A stretch of DNA of 64,000 nt from an uncultured SAR86 cluster bacterium (GCA_902614235.1 CACMKG010000001.1:134484-198483); one strand, 5' to 3'. Shown: positions 31,325 through 42,563, counted from the first letter of the stretch. The notes: generated from the sequence alone by a model not told the origin. Program-made: numbers and translations.

Positions 31325-33667
31325 TTGCTACTAATTTTTCTTAAAAGGATTTTAATTTTTACTATTATTTTAAGTTCATCCTCTTTTGTTGTTTCGGAAG
31401 AAGCTTGGATTGTTGAAGATATTAGAATAAGTGGATTACAAAGAATTTCTGCGGGAAGTATTTTTTCTAATATTCCTGTAACTATTGGAGACAAAGTTGC
31501 CCTAGAAGATATTCAAAACATTTCAAAATCAATTTTTGCTACTGGCAACTTTGATGATATTCAGATTGGTAGAGATGGAAGTGCTCTTTTAATCAACCTA
31601 AAGGAAAGGCCAACAATCGATGAAATTTCTATTGAGGGAAATGAAGCAATTAAATCAGAAAGTCTTTTAGACGGTCTTAAAAATTCGGGTATTTACAGAG
31701 GGACTTTATTTAAAAGATCAGTTTTTGAAAATTTAAGTTCGGAGCTTGAAAGACAATATATTTCGCAAGGAAGGTATGGAGCAAAAGTAGAAGTTTCATC
31801 AGAAGATTTAGAACGTAACAGAGTTAAATTAAATATTGTTATCGATGAAGGATCCACTGCTTCGATAAAAAGAGTAAATATAGTAGGGAACGAAAATTTT
31901 TCCGAAGAGGAGCTTTTAAGATTTTTTAAATTAAAGCCAAGAACATGGAGATCAATTTTTTCTAAAAGAGAACCCTACTCCAAAGAGAACCTGAAGGGAG
32001 ATTTAGAAAATTTAGAATCTTTTTATAAAAACAGAGGATATCTAAAATTTAACGTGGATTCTTCAATTGTTTCCTTGTCAGAAGATAAAAAAAATATATT
32101 TATTACAATTAATATTTCAGAAAATAAAATATTTTATACAAACGAAGTTTCATATGCAGGAGACCTTCCTGATGCGATTTCTCCCATTTTAATTTTGCAA
32201 AAAACACAATTTATCATCCCAAATGCTCCTTTTTCACAAGAGGCTCTTACTTTTGCAGAAGAAGAAATAACCTCGTTAATGAGTAATCAAGGCTTTTCTT
32301 CAGCAGAAGTTGTTGCTTCTACAGAGGAAGCAGATAAAGAAGGGTTTGTCGATGTTACAGTTTTCATTGATCCTGGACAAAGGACTTATATAAGAAAAAT
32401 AAATTTTTCTGGTAATAAAAGGACACACGATGTTGTCTTGAGAAGAGAAATGAGACAAATGGAAGGTTCGTGGGCTTCGGATGTTTTATTGGAGAATTCA
32501 AAAAGAAGACTAGATAGACTTGGATATTTTAAAGAGGTTGAATTTGAAACGGTTCCTGTCCCGGGAGAAGCTGACAAGATAGACGTAAATTTTACTGTTG
32601 AGGAAGAATTTTCTGGTTCCATAGCGGGTAGTCTTGGTTATGGAGCTTACGGGTTCAGTTTAGGTGCTAATTATTCTGAATCGAATGCTTTTGGCACAGG
32701 TAATAGAATTACTATTGGTATAAATTCAAGCGATTATCAAACTAATTTACAATTCAATTTTTTTGATCCTTATTTTACTATCGATGGAATAGGATTAGGG
32801 TATGGAGCATATTACTCTTCGTCTGATTACTCTGCATTTAATGCATCAGCTTACAGTACAGATTCAGTTGGATTGTCATCAAATCTCGTTCTTCCAATTG
32901 ATGAAATTCAACAACTTGGACTTTCAGCTGCATTGGATCAAACTAAACTTAAAACAGATATTTTTTCTTCTCAACAATTGCTTGATTACGTTAATTCGGA
33001 AGGAGATACCCAAGATTCCATAACGCTTGGAGCTAGTTGGACCAGGAGCACATTAAATAGAGGTTTATTTCCTACTGCAGGAACGTTAAATCAGATTTCG
33101 GCAAATATTGCTGTTCCTCCAAGTGACGTTACATACGGAAAAATTAAATATAATTTTAAATATTATAGACCTATCTTCTTTAATTTAATATTTTCAACTA
33201 GGAATGAGATAGGAGCTTTGTTTGCATATGGCGATACAGAGAATTCACCACCATATGAAAATTTTTATGCAGGAGGCTTGAAATCTGTAAGAGGTTTTAA
33301 GCAAAATACTCTTGGACCAAGAGCGGTATATAGTAACGGTTATTATTTTTCTAATAGGCCTTCTGGTGGAGCCTATCTTGTGGAAGGCGGTTTAGACTTT
33401 ATTTTCAATTTAGCCTTTTTGGACGACACAAGATCGGTAAGAAGTTCTCTATTTTTTGATTACGGTAATGTGTTCGGTGATGGATGTAAAACTTATGAAC
33501 TTCAATGTAGTGAATTTGATTTAGGCGAATTAAGATATTCAGTTGGTTTAGGCTTCACTTGGATAACTCAACTTGGTCCACTGTCCTTTTCTATTTCTTC
33601 TGCCTTGAATGATGACGAATATGATGAGACAGAAGCATTCCAATTTGAAATAGGAAATCAGTTTTAA
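31325..33667 (+). CDS. bamA: Outer-membrane protein assembly factor BamA
   Basis: It uses a TTG start. It has a signal peptide, POTRA repeats (I.I.GN...) and a C-terminal barrel ending FQFEIGNQF. Confidence 0.95.
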   Translation: MLLIFLKRILIFTIILSSSSFVVSEEAWIVEDIRISGLQRISAGSIFSNIPVTIGDKVALEDIQNISKSIFATGNFDDIQIGRDGSALLINLKERPTIDEISIEGNEAIKSESLLDGLKNSGIYRGTLFKRSVFENLSSELERQYISQGRYGAKVEVSSEDLERNRVKLNIVIDEGSTASIKRVNIVGNENFSEEELLRFFKLKPRTWRSIFSKREPYSKENLKGDLENLESFYKNRGYLKFNVDSSIVSLSEDKKNIFITINISENKIFYTNEVSYAGDLPDAISPILILQKTQFIIPNAPFSQEALTFAEEEITSLMSNQGFSSAEVVASTEEADKEGFVDVTVFIDPGQRTYIRKINFSGNKRTHDVVLRREMRQMEGSWASDVLLENSKRRLDRLGYFKEVEFETVPVPGEADKIDVNFTVEEEFSGSIAGSLGYGAYGFSLGANYSESNAFGTGNRITIGINSSDYQTNLQFNFFDPYFTIDGIGLGYGAYYSSSDYSAFNASAYSTDSVGLSSNLVLPIDEIQQLGLSAALDQTKLKTDIFSSQQLLDYVNSEGDTQDSITLGASWTRSTLNRGLFPTAGTLNQISANIAVPPSDVTYGKIKYNFKYYRPIFFNLIFSTRNEIGALFAYGDTENSPPYENFYAGGLKSVRGFKQNTLGPRAVYSNGYYFSNRPSGGAYLVEGGLDFIFNLAFLDDTRSVRSSLFFDYGNVFGDGCKTYELQCSEFDLGELRYSVGLGFTWITQLGPLSFSISSALNDDEYDETEAFQFEIGNQF

Positions 33668-33733
33668 TTTATAAATCTTCTGTATAATTCAAAAGTTAAG
33701 AATTACAAATTATTAGTTAAACGGAGAGGGTTT

Positions 33734-34282
33734 ATGAAAAAAATAGTTTTTTACACAATATTAATTGCATCATCAATTTTTTCTATCTCTTTAAATGCCA
33801 CAGAGGGGATTGCTGTAATAGATTATAGAACCGTATTTTTGGGAACAGATCTTGCAAGAGAAAGATTTGAAGACCTCAGAGAGTCAAGTGAATACAAGAC
33901 AATCAGTGACGAAGCTCAAAAAAAACAAGAAGAATTAATATCTGTGTCTGAAGAACTTCAAAAAGAAAGTAAAACCTTATCTGATGAAGAAAAAGCAACC
34001 ATGCAGAAAAAAGCTCAAACTCTTTATCAAGATCTGCAGTATGCAAATCAAAAAGCACAGGCTTTGGAGGGGGAACTTCTTCAAAAATTAGAAGCCGAGC
34101 AAACTCCCAATGTACAAAAAGTTATTAATGAATTAGTGAAAGCAAAAAAAATAAGTCTATTATTTAATAGCGGTGCATTGCTTGCTTTTGATACATCTAA
34201 TAAAGCAATTAATGTCACTCCTGAAGTTATTGATTTGCTTAATCAGGCTAATAAAGAGTCCATTGAAGACAAAGTAAAATAA
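33734..34282 (+). CDS. skp: Periplasmic chaperone Skp (OmpH)
   Basis: It has a signal peptide and a long K/E/Q coiled-coil body, and sits in the bamA-skp-lpxD position. Confidence 0.85.
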   Translation: MKKIVFYTILIASSIFSISLNATEGIAVIDYRTVFLGTDLARERFEDLRESSEYKTISDEAQKKQEELISVSEELQKESKTLSDEEKATMQKKAQTLYQDLQYANQKAQALEGELLQKLEAEQTPNVQKVINELVKAKKISLLFNSGALLAFDTSNKAINVTPEVIDLLNQANKESIEDKVK

Positions 34283-34289
34283 ACTTGGC

Positions 34290-35270
34290 TTGAGTGAAAA
34301 AAAAATAAACCTTAAACAGATTGCTGATTATCTTGATGGAAAAATAATTGGCAATGAAGATTGTGAGGTTGGAAACATTTTACCTCTTGATCTTGCCAAT
34401 GAAGAAGATATTTCTTTTTTGTATAGTAAAAAATTTATTGATAAGTTAAAAACTACAAAAGCTAAAGTTGTAGTATTGGAAGAAAAATATTCAAGCTTCA
34501 ATAATTCGACTTCTATTGTAGTCAAAGATGCTCACTTAGCCTACGCTAAACTAACTCAGCTATTTAAGAAAAGAATAGACAAGATTGGAGTGAGCTCTGA
34601 TGCTTCAATCAAATCTAATAGGATTGATCCCAGCTCCTATATTGGTCCGAAGGTAATAATTGAAGAGGAAGCTGAGATTGGAAAAAACGTTAAGATTCTT
34701 GGGGGAGTATACATAGGCTCGAAAGTAAAAATAGAAGATAACACGTTAATTTATTCTAACGTTTCAATCTATTCTGAAACGAAGATAGGAAAAAATTGTA
34801 TCATTCACGCAAACTCTGTCTTGGGTTCAGACGGTTTAGGATTTGCAAATAAAGATGAAAAATGGGAAAAGATTGAGCATTTAGGTATCGTTAAAGTTGA
34901 AAATGAAGTTGAAATTGGATCTGGATGTACTATTGACAGGTCATCGACTGGAGAAACTATACTAAAATCAGGAGTAAAGTTAGATAATCAAGTACATATA
35001 GCACATAATTGCGAAATTGGAGAAAATACCATTATAGGGGCGAAAACAGCAATAGCAGGCTCAACTAAGGTTGGAAAAAGATGTAAGATCGGAGGAGGTT
35101 GCGGAATCATTGATAATATTAACTTGTGTGATGATGTTACTGTTACCCCGATGTCTTTTGTTACAAAATCAATTGCAAAAAAAGGAATATATTCAGGTGG
35201 TTCAATGTTGATGGAGCATAAAGATTGGCTAAAATATTCTGCTGAATTAAATAGAAAAATTAAAAAGTGA
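34290..35270 (+). CDS. lpxD: UDP-3-O-acylglucosamine N-acyltransferase
   Basis: It uses a TTG start. Left-handed beta-helix hexapeptide repeats are present and the locus order is conserved. Confidence 0.92.
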   Translation: MSEKKINLKQIADYLDGKIIGNEDCEVGNILPLDLANEEDISFLYSKKFIDKLKTTKAKVVVLEEKYSSFNNSTSIVVKDAHLAYAKLTQLFKKRIDKIGVSSDASIKSNRIDPSSYIGPKVIIEEEAEIGKNVKILGGVYIGSKVKIEDNTLIYSNVSIYSETKIGKNCIIHANSVLGSDGLGFANKDEKWEKIEHLGIVKVENEVEIGSGCTIDRSSTGETILKSGVKLDNQVHIAHNCEIGENTIIGAKTAIAGSTKVGKRCKIGGGCGIIDNINLCDDVTVTPMSFVTKSIAKKGIYSGGSMLMEHKDWLKYSAELNRKIKK

Positions 35271-35701
35271 ATATAGAGGATATAAAAAAACTTTTACCTC
35301 ACCGGTATCCAGCACTGTTGGTAGACAGGGTAGTAGAGATAGAGCTTAACAAATATATAAAAGCATATAAAAACATAACTACAAACGAGCCTCATTTTAT
35401 TGGTCATTTTCCAGACAAGGAGGTTTTTCCAGGAGTATTGATTTTAGAAGCTATGGCTCAAGCATCAGGCATTTTAGGCTTTGCAACAATGAATAAGACT
35501 CCAGAAGAAGGTTCTATATATTATTTTGTTGGAGCAGATAATCTAAGATTCAAACGCCCAGTTGTTCCTGGAGATCGATTGATTCTTGAGTCAACTAAAT
35601 TGTCTGATAAAAAAGGAATTTGGAAATTTGAATGCAAAGCATCTGTTGATGATGAATTTGTTTGTTCCGCAACAATTCTTTGTGCCGACAGACCAAAATA
35701 A
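35267..35701 (+). CDS. fabZ: 3-hydroxyacyl-ACP dehydratase FabZ
   Basis: It uses a GTG start. LLPHRYPALLVDRV and GHFPDKEVFPGVLILEAMAQ are present. Confidence 0.96.
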   Translation: MNIEDIKKLLPHRYPALLVDRVVEIELNKYIKAYKNITTNEPHFIGHFPDKEVFPGVLILEAMAQASGILGFATMNKTPEEGSIYYFVGADNLRFKRPVVPGDRLILESTKLSDKKGIWKFECKASVDDEFVCSATILCADRPK

Positions 35702-36471
35702 TGATTCATAAATTATCTGTAATTGATCCATCGGCAAAAATAGATGATGGAGCAAGCATTGGTCCTTATTCAGTCATCGGTCCTGAAGTTGAAATTGGTA
35801 AAGATTCAGTAATTCACTCCCACGTTGTTATAGAGGGTCCGACTAAAATAGGAAAAAACAATGAAATATTTCAGTTTGCTTCTATAGGGGGAGATCCTCA
35901 AGATAAAAAATATAAAGGTGAAAAAACCTATCTAGAAATAGGCAATGATAATGTAATAAGGGAGGGAGCAACAATCAACAGAGGAACTGTTCAAGAAAAT
36001 TCTTTAACTAAAATAGGATCTAAAAATTTAATTATGGCTTATTGCCATATTGCTCATGACTGTGAAATCCATGATGAAGTGGTTTTAGTAAATAATGCTT
36101 CTCTTGCGGGTTGCGTGAAAATAGAAAAAGGAGCAATTCTAGGAGGGTTTTCTTTGGTACATCAATTTTGTAAAGTAGGACAATATAGTTTTTCTGCTAT
36201 GGGCAGTTCTGTAGGAAAAGATATTCCAGCTTTTGTGAGGGTAAGTGGAAGTCCTGCTTTTCCAAGAGGCCTAAACACAACAGGCATTCAAAGATTAAAC
36301 CTAGGCAAAGAGGTTTCTGATGGATTAAAAGAAGCTTACAAAATTTTATATTTGAGAAATTTCAAATTAAAAGACGCAATTGATGAAATTTCTAAAAACT
36401 TAAATGAAATTTCAGAAGTACAAATACTATTGAACTCCATAAATACCTCTGAAAGAGGCATAGTTAGATAA
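35701..36471 (+). CDS. lpxA: UDP-N-acetylglucosamine O-acyltransferase
   Basis: MIHKLSVIDPSAKI... followed by hexapeptide repeats. I took the Met at 35701, which shares 1 nt with the fabZ stop, instead of the ORF-track 35662. Confidence 0.94.
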   Translation: MIHKLSVIDPSAKIDDGASIGPYSVIGPEVEIGKDSVIHSHVVIEGPTKIGKNNEIFQFASIGGDPQDKKYKGEKTYLEIGNDNVIREGATINRGTVQENSLTKIGSKNLIMAYCHIAHDCEIHDEVVLVNNASLAGCVKIEKGAILGGFSLVHQFCKVGQYSFSAMGSSVGKDIPAFVRVSGSPAFPRGLNTTGIQRLNLGKEVSDGLKEAYKILYLRNFKLKDAIDEISKNLNEISEVQILLNSINTSERGIVR

Positions 36472-36473
36472 CA

Positions 36474-37598
36474 GTGAAAAAAATAAAATTTGCTTTTTCA
36501 GTTGGAGAAGAATCAGGTGATTTCTTAGGGGCACAATTAATTAATAATTTAAAAAAAAAATATCCCGACGCCAGTTTTGTTGGTTTAGCTGGTAATTTGA
36601 TGCAAAAAGAAGGAATGGAATCTCTTTTTCCAATCAATGATTTGTCAGTTATGGGTTTAATTGACCCTTTAATAAATCTAAATAGACTTTTAAGAAGAAG
36701 AAAACAGCTCGTAGATTTTATTCTTGAAGAACAACCGGAATTTTTTATCGGAATTGATAGCCCATCCTTTAATGCGGGAATTGCAAAAAGAATTAAATCT
36801 AAAACTAATACTAAAACCATTCAGTACGTTTGTCCTCAATTTTGGGCTTGGAGAAAAGGAAGGGTCAAAAGGTTTAAAAAATATTTAGATCATATTTATA
36901 GTATTTTTCCTTTTGAAGAAAAATTATTGGAAAATGAAAATATGTCTTCTAATTTTACAGGACATCCTCTCGCTGAGCATTTTGAAATAGATATAAACAA
37001 AGAAAAATTTAAAACTAAATTGTCTTTCAATAATAAAAAAATATATATTGCATTATTACCGGGGAGTAGAAAATCTGAATTAAAAAATCATCTTAAAATT
37101 TTAGAAGAGGTTGCAAATAGTTATTATTTTAAAAATCCAAATTACCACTTTATAGTTTCTTTAACTGAAGAAAATTCATTAAGCGAAAATAGCTATCTTA
37201 AAAAAGAAAATATTTCTTTGATTAAAGGGAACACAAGAGAAGTTTTAAAAGCTTGCGATTATGCAATCGTTTCTTCTGGAACCGCAACTTTAGAAGCTAT
37301 GTTAAGCAAAACTCCTTTTTGCGTAATTTATAAAAGTAATCCAATTAGTAATTTCTTAATTACAAATATTTTACTTCAGTTAGACTATATTTCTCTTCCT
37401 AATATTTTAGCTAATAAAAAAATAGTTCCTGAATTAAGACAAGGAGATTTAAAAATAAACAAAGTTATTGAGGAACTAGATTACCTTATTGATAATTCTA
37501 ATGAATTAATGATTCAAGAGTTTAAAGCTTTACACCAATCTTTGATAAATGAAAATGATAATAAATTTTCAAAAATCATAGATAAACTTTCTTCATAA
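36474..37598 (+). CDS. lpxB: Lipid-A-disaccharide synthase
   Basis: It uses a GTG start. The N-terminus FAFSVGEESGD parallels E. coli ALVAGETSGD, and the locus order is conserved. Confidence 0.92.
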   Translation: MKKIKFAFSVGEESGDFLGAQLINNLKKKYPDASFVGLAGNLMQKEGMESLFPINDLSVMGLIDPLINLNRLLRRRKQLVDFILEEQPEFFIGIDSPSFNAGIAKRIKSKTNTKTIQYVCPQFWAWRKGRVKRFKKYLDHIYSIFPFEEKLLENENMSSNFTGHPLAEHFEIDINKEKFKTKLSFNNKKIYIALLPGSRKSELKNHLKILEEVANSYYFKNPNYHFIVSLTEENSLSENSYLKKENISLIKGNTREVLKACDYAIVSSGTATLEAMLSKTPFCVIYKSNPISNFLITNILLQLDYISLPNILANKKIVPELRQGDLKINKVIEELDYLIDNSNELMIQEFKALHQSLINENDNKFSKIIDKLSS

Positions 37599-37600
37599 TT

Positions 37601-38164
37601 TTGAAAACTTTTTTTGTTGGTGTTGATGAAGTGGGAAGAGGATGTATTGCAGGACCGGTAGTAGCGGCAGCTGTAATTTTAAAAAAAAAAGAAATATTAT
37701 CTTTGAAAGATTCAAAGCTATTATCTTCTAAAAATAGACAAATATTATCTGAAGATATTAAAAAGAATTGCGTGGACTATGCCATAGCCGAAGTTTCTTC
37801 AAAAAAAATAGATAAGATAAATATAAAACAAGCTTCCCTTCTTGCAATGAAAATGGCTGTTGAAAAGTTAAAGAAAAAAAATATAGAAGTTATTGTAGAT
37901 GGAGTTGATAAAATTGATATTTCACAAAAATGTAAGGCGATAGTAAAAGCAGATAATATCTACAAGGAGGTAATGGCAGCCTCAATAATAGCCAAAGTTT
38001 ATAGAGACGAATTAATGATAGATTTAGAAAAAAAATATCCACAATATCTTTTTGCTAAACACAAAGGGTATCCTACGAAAGATCATTTGCATGCACTTAA
38101 AAAGTTTGGTTCTATAGAAGAACACAGAAAAACTTTTGGCCCCGTAAAAAAATTGAATGAATAA
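37601..38164 (+). CDS. rnhB: Ribonuclease HII
   Basis: It uses a TTG start. It has the GVDEVGRGCIAGPVVAAAV catalytic motif. Confidence 0.94.
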   Translation: MKTFFVGVDEVGRGCIAGPVVAAAVILKKKEILSLKDSKLLSSKNRQILSEDIKKNCVDYAIAEVSSKKIDKINIKQASLLAMKMAVEKLKKKNIEVIVDGVDKIDISQKCKAIVKADNIYKEVMAASIIAKVYRDELMIDLEKKYPQYLFAKHKGYPTKDHLHALKKFGSIEEHRKTFGPVKKLNE

Positions 38165-41100
38165 ATATACCCATTTAAATTTGCACTCAGAATACTCCAT
38201 TCAAGACGGGCTAATTCGAATTAATGATCTTGCTAATAAGGCATCAAAATTAAATTTTGAAAGTTTAGCAATTACAGACTTATCAAATTTATTTGGGTTT
38301 ATTAAATTTTATAAAGAATTAAGAAAAAAAGGTATAAAGCCAATCTGTGGATCAGATTTTATTTTATCTGGAGAAAATACTAACTCGGGAAATCTTCAGC
38401 TACTGGTAAAAAATCATAACGGATATAAAAATTTAATTCGTTTAATTTCTATATCTCATACTATAGGGAAAGTTAATGGACATCCACATCTAGCTGTTCA
38501 AGACTTAACAAAGTTTTCTGAAGATCTCATCTTAATTACTGGAAGTATAGAAAGTCAGATTGGGCAGTCTATTTTGGCTGGAAAACAAGATATAGCTCTA
38601 AAACAAATCGAGTATTTAAGAAACATTTATAAAGACAACTTTTTCTTACAGCTAACAAGAAATGGAAAAAATCAAGAGGAACTATGCAATCAAACCTTGA
38701 TAGAGTTTTCTAAAAAATTAGGAATTCCAGTAGTAGCTACAAATCAAGTAAGATTTTTAGCCAAAGAAGATTTTGAAGCACATGAAACAAGAGTCTGTAT
38801 ACAATCCGGGCACGTTTTAGGAGATAAAAGAAGACAAAGGTTTTTTCAAGATTCTCAGTATTTTAAATCAACTGAAGAAATGAATGATCTTTTTGGTGAC
38901 GTTCCCGAAGCTCTATCGAACGCTTATGAAATTTCAAAAAAATGTAACTTGGAAGTAAAAACGGGTATTTATGTTTTACCTGATTTTAAAACTCCAAATC
39001 AATCTTCAGAAGCAGATTATTTAAAAAACTTAATCCAAGAAGGAATAACAAAAAAACTTGATGTACAAAAATTCTCTGAAATTCCTGCTACTTATAAAGA
39101 AAGATTAGATTATGAATTAGAAGTTATTTTAAAAATGGGTTACGAAGGATACTTTCTCATAGTTGCAGACTTTGTAAACTGGGCTAAGCATAATTCTGTT
39201 CCTGTTGGTCCGGGGAGAGGGTCTGGAGCAGGTTCTCTGATAGCTTATGCAATTGGCATCACAGGTATAAATCCAATTAAATATGATCTTTTATTTGAAA
39301 GATTTTTAAATCCAGACCGAATAAGTAATCCAGATTTTGATATAGATTTTTGCAGAGATGGAAGAGAAAAGGTAATTGAATACGTTACCGAAAAGTATGG
39401 CAAAAAGGCTGTTGCTCAAATATGTACTTTTGGCACTATGGCTGCGAGAGCTGTCGTTAGAGATGTAGCTAGAGCACAAGGCAAATCTTATGGATTAGCA
39501 GACAGACTTGCAAAATTGATTCCTTTTAGCCCAGAGATGACTCTTGAAAAGGCTCTTAAAGACAATTCTGATTTGAGACGAATTCTTAAAGTGGATGAAG
39601 ATGCAGCTGAAATATTTGAAATGGCAAAAAAATTGGAAGGAATAATAAGAAATGTAGGTAAACATGCTGCGGGAGTTGTTATGGCACCTTCGGAAATTAA
39701 TGATTACTCTCCTTTGTACTTAGATGAAACAACCGACACACTTGCTACACAATTTGATATGAAAGATATTGAATCGGTAGGATTACAAAAATTCGATTTT
39801 TTAGGATTAAAAACTCTTACGGTAATTAACAAAGCTCTCGTAGAGATTAATAAATCTAGAAGCAAAATAAACCTGGAACCTATTGATATAGATGAAATAG
39901 ATTTAGAAGACAAAGGTACTTTTGATTTATTACAAAGAGGCCTTTCAACCGCAGTGTTTCAGTTAGAATCAAGAGGAATCAAAGAATATATAGTCAAGTT
40001 AAAACCCAATAATTTTGAAGATATCATTGCTTTAGTTGCTCTATACAGACCTGGACCTTTAGAAATGAAAATGGTTGATACGTATATAAACAGAAAAAAG
40101 GGAATCGAAAAAACTAAATATGGTGACGAACACGTAGAGAAAATTCTAAAAAATACATATGGTGTAATTGTTTATCAAGAACAAGTCATGCAATTAGCAC
40201 AAGAATTTTCGGGATTTTCCTTAGGACAAGCAGATTTGTTAAGAAGGGCAATGGGTAAAAAAATACCAGAGGAAATGGAAAAACAAAGACCCGTTTTTAT
40301 TGATGGAGCTATAAAAAAGGGAAAATCTGCAAGATTTGCAGAAGGGTTATTTGATCAAATAGAAACCTTTGCTGGTTATGGTTTTAATAAATCTCATTCG
40401 GCAGCATACGCGATGATTTCTTATCAAACTGCTTGGTTGAAATCTCATTATCCTGCACAATTTATGGCAGCTGCATTATCTTCTGAAATGGGAGATTCTG
40501 ATAAAATTCAACTTCTTCTCGATGATGTTAAGGCGCTGGGCCTTAAAATTCTTCCTCCAAATATTAATTTAAGTTTAAAGGATTTTGTTACGTTAGATAA
40601 CGAGACAATCTTATTTGGACTTGGAGCAATAAAAGGAGTTGGAGATCCGGCTATAGAAAATGTCATTGAAGAAAGAACAAAAAAGACCTTTCAAAATTTG
40701 AATGAATTTGTTTCAAGAATAGATTTAAAAAAAGTTGATAAAAGGTCGCTTGAACCATTAATCAAATCTGGAGCTTTAGATAATTTTGGAGAAAATAGAT
40801 TTGAAATGCTAGGAAAATTAGAAGGAGCTTTAAAATTTGCAAGACAAAAAACCGAATTCAAAGAAAGTAAAATTGATGATTTATTTGGAGAAATCAGTGA
40901 TTCAATAGAAGTTAAGGACACAAAATTGAGCAGTAAATTTCATGAAATTGGCAAGTCAAAATTAGAATTTGCCTCTTTAGGATTCTATTTAACTGCTCAT
41001 CCTATGGATGAACACAGCTGGGAAGTGAGAAAGGTTGCTCCAGAACCCATCTTGTCTTTATCTTCAGGTAAACATATTCAAAGATGTTCAGGAGTTGTCA

Positions 41101-41609
41101 TTGCTTTTAAAAAAATTAATACAAGGAGAGGTCCGTTAGTCTTCGCCACTCTTGATGATAATTCAGATAGAATTGAGCTTATAATTTCAGGAGATGTATT
41201 AGAAAAATTTGCGCAACCAATAGATAATGAAAAAATATTAATAGTAGATGGCGAAATATCTATTGATAATTCAAAAGAGAGAGAAAATCTTGGCCTGGGT
41301 AAAAAAATGAATGTTTCAACAATGCTAACCTTGGAACAAGCAAGAATAAAGTTTGCAAGAAAGTTGACTATTTGTATGAATAATGATGATACTTCACTTT
41401 TAGATGAAAATTTAAAGGAGTTGAAGTCCTTTTCAGCAAATATTACCGAAGGATGCCCTGTAGAAATTAAATATTCTTCAAAAGAAATTGATGCAGAAAT
41501 AGATGTAGGAAATGATTTTAAAATTTTGTTGAATGATGAAAATTTAAAAAAACTTGTCAAAAATTATGGAGAAAAAAATTTAGACATTAGTTACTTTACA
41601 AGGCAATAA
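38157..41609 (+). CDS. dnaE: DNA polymerase III subunit alpha
   Basis: A 1150-aa protein with a PHP N-terminus (HLNLHSEYSIQDG) and palm/fingers motifs (PDFDIDF, GKHAAGVV, GYGFNKSHSAAYA). Confidence 0.97.
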   Translation: MNKYTHLNLHSEYSIQDGLIRINDLANKASKLNFESLAITDLSNLFGFIKFYKELRKKGIKPICGSDFILSGENTNSGNLQLLVKNHNGYKNLIRLISISHTIGKVNGHPHLAVQDLTKFSEDLILITGSIESQIGQSILAGKQDIALKQIEYLRNIYKDNFFLQLTRNGKNQEELCNQTLIEFSKKLGIPVVATNQVRFLAKEDFEAHETRVCIQSGHVLGDKRRQRFFQDSQYFKSTEEMNDLFGDVPEALSNAYEISKKCNLEVKTGIYVLPDFKTPNQSSEADYLKNLIQEGITKKLDVQKFSEIPATYKERLDYELEVILKMGYEGYFLIVADFVNWAKHNSVPVGPGRGSGAGSLIAYAIGITGINPIKYDLLFERFLNPDRISNPDFDIDFCRDGREKVIEYVTEKYGKKAVAQICTFGTMAARAVVRDVARAQGKSYGLADRLAKLIPFSPEMTLEKALKDNSDLRRILKVDEDAAEIFEMAKKLEGIIRNVGKHAAGVVMAPSEINDYSPLYLDETTDTLATQFDMKDIESVGLQKFDFLGLKTLTVINKALVEINKSRSKINLEPIDIDEIDLEDKGTFDLLQRGLSTAVFQLESRGIKEYIVKLKPNNFEDIIALVALYRPGPLEMKMVDTYINRKKGIEKTKYGDEHVEKILKNTYGVIVYQEQVMQLAQEFSGFSLGQADLLRRAMGKKIPEEMEKQRPVFIDGAIKKGKSARFAEGLFDQIETFAGYGFNKSHSAAYAMISYQTAWLKSHYPAQFMAAALSSEMGDSDKIQLLLDDVKALGLKILPPNINLSLKDFVTLDNETILFGLGAIKGVGDPAIENVIEERTKKTFQNLNEFVSRIDLKKVDKRSLEPLIKSGALDNFGENRFEMLGKLEGALKFARQKTEFKESKIDDLFGEISDSIEVKDTKLSSKFHEIGKSKLEFASLGFYLTAHPMDEHSWEVRKVAPEPILSLSSGKHIQRCSGVVIAFKKINTRRGPLVFATLDDNSDRIELIISGDVLEKFAQPIDNEKILIVDGEISIDNSKERENLGLGKKMNVSTMLTLEQARIKFARKLTICMNNDDTSLLDENLKELKSFSANITEGCPVEIKYSSKEIDAEIDVGNDFKILLNDENLKKLVKNYGEKNLDISYFTRQ

Positions 41610-42557
41610 ATGGCGTACACATATTTAGAATTTGAGAAACCTATCAGCGATTTAGAAAATAAAATTGAAAAACTAAGAGGTTCTGGAGATATTGGAAAAG
41701 ACATAGAATCAGAAATATCTAAACTAAGCTCTCAGATAGAAAAGCTTACAAAGGAGGTTTACTCAAACCTATCAATCTGGCAAAAAGTGCAAGTTGCTCG
41801 ACATCCTCATAGGCCTCATTTTTCTGACTATATTGAAAATATTTTTTCAGACTTTGATGAACTTCATGGAGATAGAGTTTTTGGCGAAGATAAAGCAATC
41901 ATAGGAGGACTAGCGAGATTTAAGAAAAGGCCAGTTGTCGTGGTTGGACAAGAAAAAGGAAAATCTACAGAAGACAAAATTTCGAGAAATTTCGGAATGG
42001 CTCAACCTGAGGGATATAGAAAAACTGCTCGACTAATGAAAATGGCTGAAGATTTTGAATTGCCCTTGATTTCATTCATTGACACTCCAGGAGCTTACCC
42101 TGGGATTGAGAGTGAAGAAAGAGGAATGAGTGAAGCTATAGCTAAGAATTTAAGTCTGCTTTCGAATCTCAAAACGGCAGTAATAGTAATAATTACGGGA
42201 GAGGGAGGTTCTGGCGGAGCATTAGCAATTGGAATAGGGGACCATGTTTGTATGTTAGAGCATTCAATTTATGCAGTTGCATCTCCAGAAGCGTGTGCCT
42301 CAATTGTCTGGAGAGACGGATCTAAGGCCAAGGATGCAGCAGAAGCAATGAAAGTCGATGCCTCAAACCTTCGAAATTTAGGTTTAGTTGACGAAGTTAT
42401 CGAAGAGCCTTTGGGGGGCGCCCATAGAGATATTAGAGGGGTGTCAAATTCTATTTCCCATGTTATCGAAAAAAAATTACAAACCTTCGATGAGGTTGAT
42501 ATTTCTGATTTGTTAAAAAAGAGATATGAAAAAATCATGTCCTATGGATCTATATAA
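41610..42557 (+). CDS. accA: Acetyl-CoA carboxylase carboxyltransferase subunit alpha
   Basis: VQVARHPHRPH, FIDTPGAYPG and EGGSGGALA are present. Confidence 0.96.
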   Translation: MAYTYLEFEKPISDLENKIEKLRGSGDIGKDIESEISKLSSQIEKLTKEVYSNLSIWQKVQVARHPHRPHFSDYIENIFSDFDELHGDRVFGEDKAIIGGLARFKKRPVVVVGQEKGKSTEDKISRNFGMAQPEGYRKTARLMKMAEDFELPLISFIDTPGAYPGIESEERGMSEAIAKNLSLLSNLKTAVIVIITGEGGSGGALAIGIGDHVCMLEHSIYAVASPEACASIVWRDGSKAKDAAEAMKVDASNLRNLGLVDEVIEEPLGGAHRDIRGVSNSISHVIEKKLQTFDEVDISDLLKKRYEKIMSYGSI

Positions 42558-42563
42558 TAAATC

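Noticed and set aside
41078-41560. 160-aa antisense ORF inside dnaE. Similar cases are 50049-50549 in valS, 19262-19684 in the SNF gene, 20841-21209 in grpE, 36464-36820 in lpxB and 21247-21573 in dnaK.
   Set aside because: All are S/F/I/L-rich low-complexity translations, the complement of K/E/N-rich sense codons. All are fully embedded in strongly supported essential genes. None has a recognisable domain, start context or independent spacer.
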